From assembly GCA_036630325.1 (NCBI GenBank), contig CP142734.1, positions 868,001-932,000 of the forward strand: a DNA stretch of 64,000 nt, in the 5' to 3' direction. Both the position numbers and the translations under genes were made by a program. Source of the stretch: Vairimorpha necatrix (taxonomy: Eukaryota). Of the stretch, positions 22,934 through 35,770 are shown in pieces. Each line of letters starts with the position of its first letter. Within the stretch, counting starts at the first letter, position 1. The notes under the pieces were generated by a model. The model was not told the DNA's origin. It saw only the letters and a list, made by a program, of their open reading frames with translations, and ran no database searches.

Positions 22934-23772
22934 GGAGGTGGGGTACTTTAGACCCCCCCCCCTTTGAAGCGCTTCAATTTTTTTTTCGAACCCCAAAATT
23001 GAAGTGCAAAAAAAAAGAGGAGCAAGAAAGGGACAAAAATTTCTTATCACTTTAAACATTAAAAATACAAAATAAATATATATTTATGTACACAATTATA
23101 TTTTAATACAAGTTTTTACAATAATATAAACCAATAAGCTAATTTTGCCCTTCTGATTTTTTAGAATTGGGGACAAAAACGCTCCCCTCTGAGAGTGTTC
23201 ACTTTATAATTTTGAACCCAAAAACGAAGTGCAAAATAAAGGAGAAGCAATCATTAGTACTCAAATTACTTGCATCTTCAAACAGTAAAAATACCAAATA
23301 AATATATATTTGTATACGAAATTTAATTTAAAAAAAGATTATAACCATAAAACTATATAATTCTTTATAACTTAACATATTTAAATTAAATTTTTTGATT
23401 TAACAATATGTGTAGATCGTTGAACATTTATTTAAATTTTCTTTTATAAATAATATTTATAATTTCAATTGTTGGTTTATTATTAAAGTAGATTTTCTTC
23501 AAAAATCTACTTTCATAATAAACCAACAATTAAAAAAAATTGAAAAAATAAGAAGGGCGAAAAAAGACACAATACTTCAAATGATTATTATAACTAAATC
23601 TAAAATTAATTTTTGTATAAAAGCATATAAAATTTTGTATTTTTAATGTTTAAAGTGATAAGAAATTTTTGTCCCTTTCTTGCTCCTCTTTTTTTTTGCA
23701 CTTCAATTTTGGGGTTCGAAAAAAAAATTGAAGCGCTTCAAAGGGGGGGGGGGTCTAAAGTATCCTTCACCC
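22934..23772. mobile_element. Non-autonomous foldback MITE (about 140-bp inverted arms), probably Merlin-mobilised
   Basis: Near-perfect inverted arms at about 22941-23075 and 23632-23765, GG termini and 9-bp TSD GATATAAAA. An inverted second copy lies at 51260-52093. Confidence 0.88.
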
Positions 23773-23784
23773 GATATAAAATAT

Positions 23785-24372
23785 TTATTCCTTTATTAGA
23801 ATTGTATCAACAAACTCTGAAAATTCTCTCTTTAGTTCTATTATTCGTTTTCTCCTATTTTGTTTTATCATTTCAATTTCTTCATTTCTAGCTTTTATTA
23901 ATGCTTGCTTTATTGGTTCGTAAGATTCTTTTTTTCTGTTGTATTCCAACACATATTCCTTTTCTTTAACGTACTGCTTTTTACTGCTATTTTTTTTCTC
24001 CGTGTCGATAATTTTCTTTAATTCTTTTATTTCTGATTCATTCTCGGATCTAATCTTTGAAAATGCTTCCCTTGCATTAATAACAGGTAACCAAACTTCA
24101 TTTTTATACTTAATATATTCGTCTGTTATGATTTTCATTTTTTTATATATTTTTTTTTTCTCATTTTTTATTTCTTCGCTGTAATATGTTTTCTTTAATA
24201 AAATACATTTCTGACATTCTTCGTATTCATTTTTAATTTTTATTATTAATTTGTCTAAACGTCTCATGATATCTTTGCTTCTATTTATATCACTTACTAA
24301 TATTTCATTATTCAAATTTAACTCAGTTATAAAAATTGTGTATACATATATAATATAAATTGAAATGTACAT
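23785..24372 (-). CDS. Lys/Glu-rich coiled-coil protein with hydrophobic N-terminus (probably secreted)
   Basis: 195-aa ORF with CCCC immediately before the ATG, a hydrophobic first 16 residues and a charged helical body. Confidence 0.7.
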   Translation of the reverse strand: MYISIYIIYVYTIFITELNLNNEILVSDINRSKDIMRRLDKLIIKIKNEYEECQKCILLKKTYYSEEIKNEKKKIYKKMKIITDEYIKYKNEVWLPVINAREAFSKIRSENESEIKELKKIIDTEKKNSSKKQYVKEKEYVLEYNRKKESYEPIKQALIKARNEEIEMIKQNRRKRIIELKREFSEFVDTILIKE

Positions 24373-27165
24373 GGGGTAATCATTGATATTCCTTATTTTA
24401 CATTTCCTTTTTTAAACGTCAAACTTTGAATTAAAATAAACATAACTACAATTTTAACTTTGTTTATGTTAATAATCTTTATTAGTTTGATTTGAAGTCG
24501 AATTATCAACATTATATTGTTTTCAAAAATAAATTATACTTTATGTTCAATAAACAGTAATAAAAGTATATGATCGGAAATTATTATTAAATAACGACAT
24601 GTTGATTATATAGTCTATTGATGAAATTACATTCAAGAACATAAATACTTTATAAATAAGCCAAGCAACTAGACTAAACAGTAGCCATTTATTTTCTTAT
24701 GTGTCATTAATCTCATCCAACGACTGATATGTTCAAACGAATGTCAAATTTGCTTTGAACTATTGTATTGATTTGTTATACACTGTATGAAAAATAACAG
24801 TGTCAATCGTTTCTCGCTACTAATGATTTTTGAAATTAATCTTATGCATATTATTATTGGCAATGTTTATAATTATAAAAATGCTTTGTTACTGTTCTTG
24901 AGATAATTTCTTGAGTTACTAAACACAGGCGGAAAAATATAAGATAGTTTATTACCAAAAGAAAACTTAAATTAATCTGATATAATAATTCATAAAAAGT
25001 GCTTTACCACAACCAATTTTGCAAAATTTATAAGTGTAAAATTTTGATTTATTGTATAATTTTTGATTTAAAAAATCAAAGAAAAAAAATAATTAACTGT
25101 CTCATTTTTATAATTATAATCATCATTAAACAATATTTTACAATAGGGATATTTTCTTTACAAAAACTAATTTCAAATATCTTTGCATTTTTGGAAAAAG
25201 AAAATGCCCGTTACAACATAAGATCTGTATTTAAATGTTTCTTAGAGATTAGCTTGAAAGATTACGATTATAAAATAAATACGAGATTATGAAACATCTT
25301 TGCTTGTTATATAGTTTGTTTTTTGATTTTCTTCGTTTTTTACTATTATTTTATTCTCAGCAGTTCGTGTGTGAGCTGAGCTACTTCTTTTTTTGGCCAA
25401 AAATCAATTTTTTTAATATTTTTGTTTTTTATACAAAACAGAAATTACTTTTATAATTAGAATTTCATTATATCTGCATGGCAAAACTCGTTTATTAATT
25501 TTACAATTATTTTTAAAATTCTTATTAAAAACATTGAAGAATTGCCGTTATCCTTCGACATAATAATAATTTTAATATAAAACGCTTTGACAAAAAACTA
25601 TGAGATTGTATTACCGTTTATTGCTAAAGTTAGCTTATGAACAAATAAATTCTTCATGCTCAAAATTCTATTGGCCCGGGATTCTGTTAGACACTAGAAA
25701 GAGTGTTTATTATATTTTAATGAATGATTTCAACATTATTTCTGTCTTTATATTCAATACATCTAGCTCTTCCTCATGCCCGCCTTACGTGATTTTTCTG
25801 ACGTAAGCCGTCAAGATTGATCTTTAAATTTTTGTTGTTTTTAATATAAAAAACGAAACAACCTCAAAATTCTATATTAAATCTTTCAAAAACACGCCAC
25901 AATAATCCCTGATAAAAATATGATTTCTTGAAATTTAACTTTTGTTTATAATAATAATAATATAATTTGTATTTTCTATTGACATTCACTGAAGCAAAGC
26001 TATATTGAAGAAAAATTACATTCTCATGTTATATTTTACGAGGAAAGTTTAACACGGCTGATCTAAATACGGACTAGTCACTAGATTTTTGCTTGTTTAT
26101 TAATTTAACAACTATCAACAATTCATAGATCCTGACTTTGTCATCCATAGATCATTTTAAGAATATCAGTTTTAATTTATCTCAACCTCGATGATCATTA
26201 AAGACGTGTTTTAATATAAAAAAATCATATTGTTTGCTGATAAAATCAAAAAAATTAAGTCATCTTTAAATCAAATCAATTTTCTGTGTTTTTCGATCTC
26301 ATTCAAAGTTTCAAATTACAACACAAATTTTTTATGTTTTTAATACCAATCAATTGTTCACAAGATTCATGACTAATCGAAGTCGTTATGAAAACATTTC
26401 TGTTTGTCTTTCGTTAATAAACATTTTTGTTTTCAATATACTCATATATTAAAATAATGTTAGTAATAAGGATTTTGATTGGAGAGCATTTAAAATAATA
26501 GTTACACTTAGAAAAAATACCTCAAATGTCCTCTTTAAGTACAACAAATTATTAAATTTTCTTATTTAAAAAGAGGGCATTTTCCGTCTTTCTCGAATTA
26601 ATTTTCATCTCCAAAAGCTTTATTTTTGCTGTTCACATGGAACTGGAATATGCCTGAATAGTGGGTTTTAATCCTGTCGAAGTAAAATTATTGCTTACTT
26701 TACACAGTTTTTTATTTTCTGTTCCTTTCGAGTTTTCATCTTCCCAGTTTCCTCCCCTCATTAGTGGCTTTTTTATGTAATAATGAGTGACTTTATAGAT
26801 ATTTGTCTTAAGAAGCATTGTTAAATAATTGTCTTACGTGGGCAAGTACATAAATAGGCTAAAATATGCCCTGTCAAAAGTCAATTATTTTCTAGCCTCT
26901 CAAGAACCCCTTCATCATATAACTCATTCCTTAAAAAGTCAGTTCTCTGATACTATTGGGAACGTCCCCTGAATAAAATAATGGGAATTAAGTTCTCAAG
27001 TTTTGTTTCTATCTATTAAAAAGCTTATATATATCCAAACATATGATTATATTCGAGTTGCTGTCAATGTCAAATGATTTATGAAAAATTTATACCTCTT
27101 TTGATCTAAAAATTTTATTAATGCTAAAAAATTTAAGGAAACGCGCAATTTTTTGTTATAATATG

Positions 27166-28170
27166 GGCTAAAGTGCACTATGGGAATATTTTTTGAACTA
27201 GGGTTTTTTTATTTTTTTTGCCCGTTTTTGAAAAATGGAGGAAGAAATCAAAACAAAAGAAGAATTAGAAATTACATATAATGAACTGATAAGAGAAAAA
27301 ACATCTAATATTTGTGATCAATGTGGAGGTAAAATACGTAAAGTAAGTAAGAAGGAGTATTTACTAACCTGGACTTGGAAGGGATGTCGAAAGACAATTT
27401 CTTTTTGGCATGATTCTTTCTTTAGTAATTACTAACTTTGTCATTTACTAAAATTACAAATACTTTATCTGTAGATTCTTGGGTATCCCCGTAAGTTTTT
27501 TATCAAATTTTACGTTATTTGAAAAAACTATATCTACAGTATTAAAAAAACTAAAAGAAAAGAATATTTACGATAAGTATTTGTCATCAATGGCCATTAT
27601 AGGCGGAGAGGACACAATAGTAGAATTTGATGAGACAAAGATAGGAAAAAATAAAAACTAACGAGGCAAGATAGTGAAAGGATTTTGGAATGACCGAACG
27701 TACAATGAAACGTAAAACAATACTAGTACAATCAAAAAAAGAGATAAAAAAACTCTAACAGAACTTTTATTAAAATTTGTAATAGAAAAAATATTATACA
27801 TAGCGACATGTGGAAATCCTATCATTCTTTAGGTACTTTATTTAGCCAACACCATATGGTTATCCATACATTACACTTTAGAGACCCAATCACGGGAGTT
27901 CATACCAATACCATAGAAGATAATTGGCGTTCTCTAAAAAATTTTATACCTAATAGAAACAGATCAGCCAATAGCGCAAAACTATATCTGTTTAGGTACG
28001 TGCTCAATAGAATTTCTTCTACTTTAGTCTTTGCTGCTTTATTAAATCTTTTATTCTACTTGTTAATTTTCTTCTTCCTCTCTATCTTTCTTCCTCCATT
28101 TTTCAAAAAAAGGGGCAAAAAAAAATAAAAAAACCTAGTTCAAAAAACATTCCTATAGTGCACTTTAGCC
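27166..28170 (+). mobile_element. Merlin DNA transposon, pseudogenised
   Basis: TIR GGCTAAAGTGCACTAT(G/A)GGAAT and 8-bp TSD ATAATATG. Fragments CDQCG, IVEFDETKIGK, SDMWKSY and GVHTNTIE. Confidence 0.92.
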
Positions 28171-28352
28171 ATAATATGTTTCGATTTTTACTTTAAGCTC
28201 TTTTAGGTATAATTTTTATTACATGTTTTTTTGCGACGAATTTTTTTTGTTGTGGTAACGTGATTTGACATCTAATACACTTCCACAATAATATAATTAT
28301 TGGTTAATAAAAAAGTGTAACTCTTAAAAAAAAAATATAAAGCAACCCCATA

Positions 28353-28833
28353 ATGAATTATTTATTTTTCTTCAGTCTATGTATGGCGACAATTGAATTT
28401 TTAAAAAATAATACTCCTAGCAATAAAGAAAAAATAAAAACCAAGATAGCTGAATTAAAACAGGAGATTGAACAAACAAAAAAAAATTCTGAAATTAAAA
28501 ACGCGAAATTAAAAAATGATTTTGAAAAACAACGAAAAAATATTCTTTCCAAACTTAACAAAAAGAGAGTGAACAAATTACGACCATTTCTTGGACAAAT
28601 CTCCCCAGATAGGACATTTATAAAAAAAGAAGAAATACCAAAAATTCCTAAATTTGAATATGAAAATGCCAATAGTGAGACACTTGGAAACTATATTAAA
28701 AAAAATGTCCCCATTGTGGAAAATATATGAAAAAAGAAGAAAGGCGTTAGAAAAGACACGAGATGAAAAAATTGGAGATTTATATGATGATTTAGAAGAA
28801 TTCGATGAGGATTTTTACAATACAGACAATTAA
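28353..28833 (+). CDS. Small secreted coiled-coil family member 1 (apparent +1 frameshift in an A8 run near 28698)
   Basis: CCCATA-ATG and signal-like MNYLFFFSLCMATI. It is homologous to 30501. Removing one A restores MSPLWK..., matching TAPLWK of the paralogue, and extends the frame to a stop at 28833. Confidence 0.75.
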
Positions 28834-29015
28834 AAAACACTTATTTTATGTAAAATTTCAGAATTGAATATCACTTTTCGGTGTTAATGCGGTTTAATTA
28901 TATTCTAAGAATATTTCCAATTTTTTTTGTATCATTTGGCACAAATATATGTCGGATAATTTTTTTTCTAAAAAAGCTTTCATCTTTCTAAAAATAATTT
29001 CGGTATGCTTTCTTA

Positions 29016-29099
29016 GGATTTTCATAGTACAACGACGCCCATTGGTTGAAGCCGATGATTCAGTTGAGCAATGCCTGGGCTCAAACCCTGGGGGCACCA
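29016..29099 (+). ncRNA. Degenerate tRNA-like sequence
   Basis: Hairpin ATTGG-TTGAAG-CCGAT, T-arm-like CTGGG-CTCAAAC-CCTGG, then GGGCACCA and a T-run. The 5' acceptor and D-arm do not fold convincingly. Confidence 0.4.
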
Positions 29100-29369
29100 A
29101 TTTTGTTTTTACTTTCTCTGATATTGTTGGAACAACTCAGATGATAAAAAATATCAACAATAATTATTAAGTTGATTCAATAACTTGTGTGCAATCAGCC
29201 ACAAGGAGTCTGGCATCTGGTGTAGAAACGCAACAAAATGATAAAACTGCATCATTCCTGTGATTAATTGAAGATGACTACAGATATCAATCAATACGGC
29301 CTAGTTGGAGCACATAACTGGAGCACTCTACAGTGGGATCATAGAGCAAATTTTTAGACTAGACGATGT

Positions 29370-29806
29370 GGGGCAATACAAAGTCACGTAGACACTATGT
29401 TACAAGATTCTGTAATATAATGGCCGAAACTTCTGGGTGACTAGTGGTCGACGCAGTCCAATAAAATGCCGGGCTGGTGATGTGGCGGTGTATTGAGCCG
29501 TGTGTACGATACTAATGGTCGTGGGTCCTTATAGATAGTACGATTTTGTTATCTCGAGCCATAGAATCACACGTCAAAAAAATACATCCTCTGTGAGGTC
29601 CCTCTAAGCGCGATTTGAGTATAAATGGTAGGGTTTCCTGGTGCCAAAATCCAATGATAAAGGATTAGCTTGCTGCACCGGTAAGTTATATAATGATAGT
29701 TTTAGTGATTAAAATATTACAGTACCAGTAGGATAAATATCGCACCCCAAACCATCTGGTCCCTATGTAAGGCTTCTTTCCACCTCTTATTGTAAAGAAA
29801 AAAAAA
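29370..29806 (+). repeat. Dispersed non-coding repeat with 3' A-tail (copy 1)
   Basis: Colinear with 42820-43296, with shared blocks AGTACGAT, TCCTGGTGCCAA..TCCAATG, CACCCCAAA..TCTG..CCCTAT.TAAG and TTGTAA.G-A8/9. Confidence 0.7.
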
Positions 29807-30500
29807 TTAGAATGTTTAATTCAAAAAATATGATATTTTAATTTTAATTTGATTTATTTAAACTCCAAAATATTAAAATAATGTATTAAGTTGTTATGAA
29901 TTTTAAATATATCTTAGATCATAATAGAAAATCGCAACAAGTACACAATTTCACAAATAATAGATTTTTTAAATCAAATGATCAAGATCATAAAATTAGC
30001 ATATAAATACTGATGATCTTTTATCGTTGTGTAAGACTATACAAATTACTCTCATATATTAGGTATATACTGTTTTTATAAAGTATTTTATTGCGTTTTA
30101 TTTGCTATAATTTATTATCAATGACCATAATATACAATCTGCATCTATTTTGCTTTGTATATGAATATTAACAGTCAAAATATCGTCCACACTAAACTTT
30201 ATTATTTTATGTACGCCACAAAAAAAAGTTATGAAGTTAAAAATATATCTAAACATTTTCTATACATTGCCTCATAAATTTAAAACAATAAAAAAATTGA
30301 ACGGTATATTCACAACTCATTGTAATGCATTTTTATATGCATTAATTCGATCATCCTTGATTGATTTTTATTATTAAATAAATATTTTAAAACAATTTAA
30401 ATAAAATAAACCATAAATTATTATTTAATTGTACGTCCTAGACTTTTTTTTTTAAATTATAAAATAATATATTTGTTAAAAAATAAAAAATAGCCCCACA

Positions 30501-30983
30501 ATGAATTTATTATTTTCTTTTGGTATTTGTGTGACAACATTTATATCATCGAGTATAATTTCTACTAGTAATCAGGAAAGAGAGATGCACAAACTGGAAG
30601 AAATTAAATTAGAAATTGAAAATGAGAAAAAACTTGCTGAAAGTAAAATAGAAGAACTGAAAAGAGATTTTGAAAAAAGACGTCATTTGATTCTTGATGA
30701 ACTTAATGAAAAAAGAATTAAATTTTTGGAACCATATCTAGAAGATGTTGTCATAAATAGGACATATATAAAAAAAAGTGAAATAGCAAAAATACCAGAA
30801 AAACTATACGAAAAGACTAGAAATGATGCACTTGGTGATTATATTAAGAAAACTGCTCCGTTGTGGAAGGATTATTTTATTACTAAAAAAATGATAGAAC
30901 TAGAAAGAGACTGTATTATTACTTCTTTATACACGAAAATGACAACGAATTATGCAACTATTTATGAGTTACCTGATGAATAA
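30501..30983 (+). CDS. Small secreted coiled-coil family member 2
   Basis: 160-aa ORF with CCCCACA-ATG and a signal-like N-terminus. LK.DFEK.R..IL..LN.KR and KIP blocks are shared with 28353. Confidence 0.85.
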   Translation: MNLLFSFGICVTTFISSSIISTSNQEREMHKLEEIKLEIENEKKLAESKIEELKRDFEKRRHLILDELNEKRIKFLEPYLEDVVINRTYIKKSEIAKIPEKLYEKTRNDALGDYIKKTAPLWKDYFITKKMIELERDCIITSLYTKMTTNYATIYELPDE

Positions 30984-32126
30984 AGTATTTAAACAATGTT
31001 TTTTAATACAATTCCTCTATGTTAAATAAAATTCATTTTGCAAAATCCAAATAAATAAAAATTGGTTCAGATTTATAAACGATTTTTGAACCTATCAAAT
31101 TGTTAAACAAGTTTATTATATCACAATACGATACATATAAGACAATGGATTTATGATAAATCATAAAAGTATGATTATATGCTCCAATTAAATCATAGAT
31201 ATTTGACAATCGTCATTGAGAGTCATTTAATAAACAATATGGATTTGAATTGCCGCTCAAAGGATTTTTATTTCATTTTAATGCAGAAAAAATCGTCAAA
31301 TCTTTTAGAAAATCTCAATGAATTATAGTTAAGTTCTATTATTTACTTTTCATATAATTGCAAAACTTAATTAATATATTGATATTCGAGCTTTTTTAAT
31401 GAACAAAACAATGTAGAAATAAATTATAACTACACGCGTTTTCATAAAAAAGTTGTACAAGATATTGTTTTTTGGCTTTATTAACCTCATAAAAATCACC
31501 ATTTAATAAATTAAAAAAAACCTCATTAATACATTAGAAAAACTTTACTGAATTGAAAAATGTAAATCATTACGATGTATTATATAATTAAAAGCAGATA
31601 TGTATAAAAATTCATTCTCATTAAAATTTAAGCTCGTCTAATCATATTTTAAAAATACATTTTTACTTATTTTGAGATACTATATCACATAAGGATAAAA
31701 TTTACGCACTTTTTTTTTGAAGACAAGATTGTAGTACGCATATGGACAAATTAAAAGATTCTTTTGCAAACTACTTTGAAAAAACGATATGGGCATTGAT
31801 TTTTCGAATTATACATCCATTATAATTTGCGACATTTAGGATATTATGCAATTACAGAAATTTTGGTTAAGATTGTTAAATTATAAGTAAGATCCGTTGT
31901 TCAATATTAAAACAAGTCTAATATGTGTAAACGATAAATACTTTATTTTCAAAAATAGCATCTACTGAATTAGTTTGAATTTGTTTCGTCGAAATAAATA
32001 AAACAATCCAACCGCGGAAAAAAACTTTACTGATAGTTTAATTATTAAAATTCAATCATATTATAAAATCCTTTGCAGAAAAACAGTTTCGTCGTCGTCA
32101 CACAAAAACAATCATGAACCCCCATT

Positions 32127-32130
<4 letters not shown>

Positions 32131-32158
<28 letters not shown>
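32131..32158. repeat. (AT)14 microsatellite
   Basis: Read directly from the sequence. Confidence 0.9.
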
Positions 32159-32163
<5 letters not shown>

Positions 32164-33567
32164 CTCTCGGTATATTCTAAAATGTTATCATTTGAAAATA
32201 ATTAATCGTTTTTATATTTTTTGTGATTTTAAATTTATAAACTAATTATTTTTTTATTATTGTGTTGATGTAACATCAAAACAAACTTAATAAAGCACTT
32301 TGCACATTATTATTGCGTAAAAAATACGATAAAAAATATATGTGCTATTAATTTTTAATAAGAGGTTCAAAATATCTTCAGAATTGTTTTAAGGGGTTTT
32401 CTGAAACTTCCTTTTTTATATTGCAAATGCAATTTTCTGAATAAAGTATCATTAAAACAAATAAAAGGAAACTGAAAAAATATAAAATATTATCATTGAT
32501 TTGATATCTGTTATTTATGAATTTCACTTTTTTATGTTACTTAAAAAGGATTTTCTTCTTTTAAAATTTTTTTTTTCATTTTAAATTCATAACTACCAAA
32601 GTAAAATTGAAAAAAGTAAAGATGCTTCACATTTCGAAAAAAATGTAATTAATTACGTTCAAAACATTTTAGTTTAATTATTTTTCATGATAAAATTTAC
32701 GATCAAACGATAATAATATTATAGTTTTTTTTTGATATTGATATAAGAGTTTGTTTATTAGAAAAATTTATTTACAATATATTCATAATAAAAGAATCCC
32801 GTTTAATTTTTTAGATGATCGTATTTTATTTGTTGAAGAAAAACTCTTACTAAATATATGCGAAAAGATGAAGAAGGGTGTCAAAGGCTCTCTAATTTAA
32901 AGACTCGTTCATTATTTCGGGATGCACCATAAAAAACGAAAGTAAAGATTTAGAGCAAAAAAGGATAATACTTACTGATCATTCCTCATATTAAAAATAT
33001 AATTTTGCATCAAAAATTTAAATTTTTATCATGCACTTATACTAAACTTTTTTATAATAACACCAAATTAATTGTTATAAATATAAACAATTCTAGAGCA
33101 TAAGGTTGTGTTAAATTGTACTACAATCATAGAATTTTTTTCAAATTTACCTACTTCTAAAAGGAGATGCATAAAAGGCCCCTTTAAGACAAATAACATT
33201 TTTTGATAGATAATGTTGTTCAATAATTTATTTGTATTTTTCATTTCTATACTAAAAAGTTTTAAAATTTTTTTTATAGCTAATCGAATCTGTTCATCTG
33301 TAAGCAGATGATTGGTCAGTATTTGATTGGCTACAACAAGAATTATAAGGAACATGAACTTAGTGTTTAAAGCCTTATAGTAATACCATAATTTGATATA
33401 GTTAGTTTTTTTTAGCTATTCTTCTAATTTTTCGTTCAAAGTGGTCGAAATTTATGCACCATGCTTGTTTCTTTTTTTTGAAAAAAATCAATACTCAAAC
33501 TGCTAATTAGTATTCACCCCTTTATTTATTTTTTAAAGTATAAATATGTTTTTGAGACAACCCTTTA

Positions 33568-35770
33568 ATGAATGTTTTGTTCTCACTTGGTCTTTGGATT
33601 GCAACAATTGAATTAACAAAAGAAAGACCGCCTGGTTCCAAACGAAAATTTAGTGATATTACAGAAGATTCGACCGAAGAACGGGAAAAAAAGATCAAAC
33701 GACGTTCTTTATCACTAGAAGAATTGGATTTTACCTCTGTATACACGGTAACCGTAAATTCGCCTGTAGGCGAATTTACGGTTTTTCGCCAAAAATTAAA
33801 ATTTGCTCGTTTTTCGCCAAAAAAATATAAAAAAAAATTTATTGGTATTAAGAAAAAAATAAAAGATTTGAAAAGCTTTATTATAATTTTAATTAAAATT
33901 TATTGGTTATAAAAAAAGCATTTATAATAAAAATAGGTTTATTGAATTAACTTATTCGCATTTGAAATTCACGTGTTGCAGTAAAGCATTCATGTACTCT
34001 TCACGAGAATAATGTTTATAATTTTTAACGATTATTCTAATTTTTTCCTCCGCTTTTTGGGTTTTTTTTAGCTTCAAATAATCCTTTTTTATAACGTTTT
34101 AGATTATATATATCCATTTCTTCACAATCGAGTATTCTTGAAATAAAAAGAGCGATATTTGGATTTCTTGTCTCCATCCTCTTGTTTATGGTTCTATTCC
34201 AGCTTTCTGCATTGTTAGAAGTCCGAGGAATTTCATTTTTTACCCTATCAAGTACATTCCAAAAATTTATATTGGCGACAGCTCTCCCGCCGTTATCTTC
34301 TCTAGTTACATGGGAAACTAAATAATTATTTTCAAAGTATAACTGAAAGTTAGCTGTGGTTGTAATTGAATTATCTTTTATAAATTTCTTAATATCTTCA
34401 TAAAAAACCAGAACATCTCGTATTGGCACAAAAGCTAATCTAAGAATCTTTTTGAATACTAGATTATAGTTAGAATCGTTTTTAAACTTTTCTATGTCCC
34501 CCATTGCCCCGACTCTTTTATAGGCTGCCTGCCCAAGATGAAACAAGCATCCATTACAGTTTGCTCCAGGGAAAGATATTCGTAATGCATTGACCAATCC
34601 TCTCTCAAAATCAGTCACAAAGTTCTTAACATTCATGTAACTAATTCCTTGCATTTATCGAAGGCTCTAGAATATGACCTTTCACTTTTTCCCTTGAGTA
34701 AAATATAAATGTATGGAAAACTTTTGCCAAATATATGTCCATGAAAGACGACAATTTGGTAAAATCCTTGAGGAGAAGATTTAAACGTTCCATCGACAAC
34801 GAACGTATCTATTTTTTCAATCATACTTTTTTTGAATTCTGAAAAAAAATATTATAAATCTATCATTATCCTGCATACCACTATCAAATCTAAGAAAACG
34901 ATTTTTTTAGAATCTACTTGCAGGACTTCGGGTATATCCATAATGCAACCAGTTATAAATCCGAGTCTTGAATTTCTTGTTCGTTTGATTGTATCTCTTA
35001 AATATTCTATGGAAGGCATTTTAGTAATATCTAAGCTGGTTGACAATGCTGGGAGTTGTTTTTTTATTATTTCTAATGAGTTTTCATTACTTGTAGCAAC
35101 TTGTTCTTTTATTTTTTTGATTGTTTTTAAACATGCATTTCTCAGGTACTGGTTCATGTGAATGAATAACTTTTTTAACGATTTCGTTTTGTTCATTCAT
35201 TATAATGGCACCTCTACAAGACCTATTACTGCACCTCCATCGCATAGTGCCGTCCTTATTGTAGTCTAAAGTGTATATCTGATCTTCATAGATAAGATTT
35301 TGCCCTCCACGTTGACCTTTAAAAATTTCAAAGTTGTCGTTCATTTTTTTAAGGGTAGATTTTCGGCGAAAAAAAAGGAAAAATTTTATGGGCAAAATTT
35401 TTGGCGAAAAACAACCATTTTGAACTTTTGGCGAAAAACCGTAAATTCGCCTGTAGGCGAATTTACGGGTACCCCTGTATACAGACAATGGGAATTGATT
35501 TGTGAACTTGAAAAAGAACTAATACAAAGGTTTAGCCCATATCTTAAAGATATGCCCCCAGATAAGATATCATTGGATGAAAGTGAAATGAAAAAAATAC
35601 CAAAAGAATTTCACGATAAAATAACAATGAGTGCGATCTTTGAATTTGTAAGACGAACAAATTTGTCAGAGGGAGGATTTTGTGAAGAATAGCTAAGACT
35701 TAAAAAATAGACACGTCAAAAGATGTCAAACTTGGTTAAAAAGAAACTAAGAGAACATACACGCGATTAA
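33568..35770 (+). pseudogene. Small secreted family member 3, interrupted by a MULE
   Basis: The MNVLFSLGLWIATIE start resembles 28353 and 30501. Removing 33746-35474 plus one TSD fuses ...FTSVY to RQWELI...FSPYLKDMPPDKISLDESEMKKIPKE in frame. There are later in-frame TAG stops. Confidence 0.8.
33746..35474 (-). mobile_element. Mutator-like (MULE) transposon with FLYWCH-type zinc finger, frameshifted
   Basis: TIR (C/G)GGTA(A/C)CCGTAAATTCGCC and 9-bp TSD CTGTATACA. Motifs WRCSNRSC..HSH, VVDGTF, VTDFERGL..NA, GCLFHL.QA and RTSNNAESWN. Confidence 0.93.

Noticed and set aside
26630-26990. Possible integrase remnant on the minus strand
   Set aside because: Only a faint TSTGLKP similarity and no catalytic motifs were recoverable.
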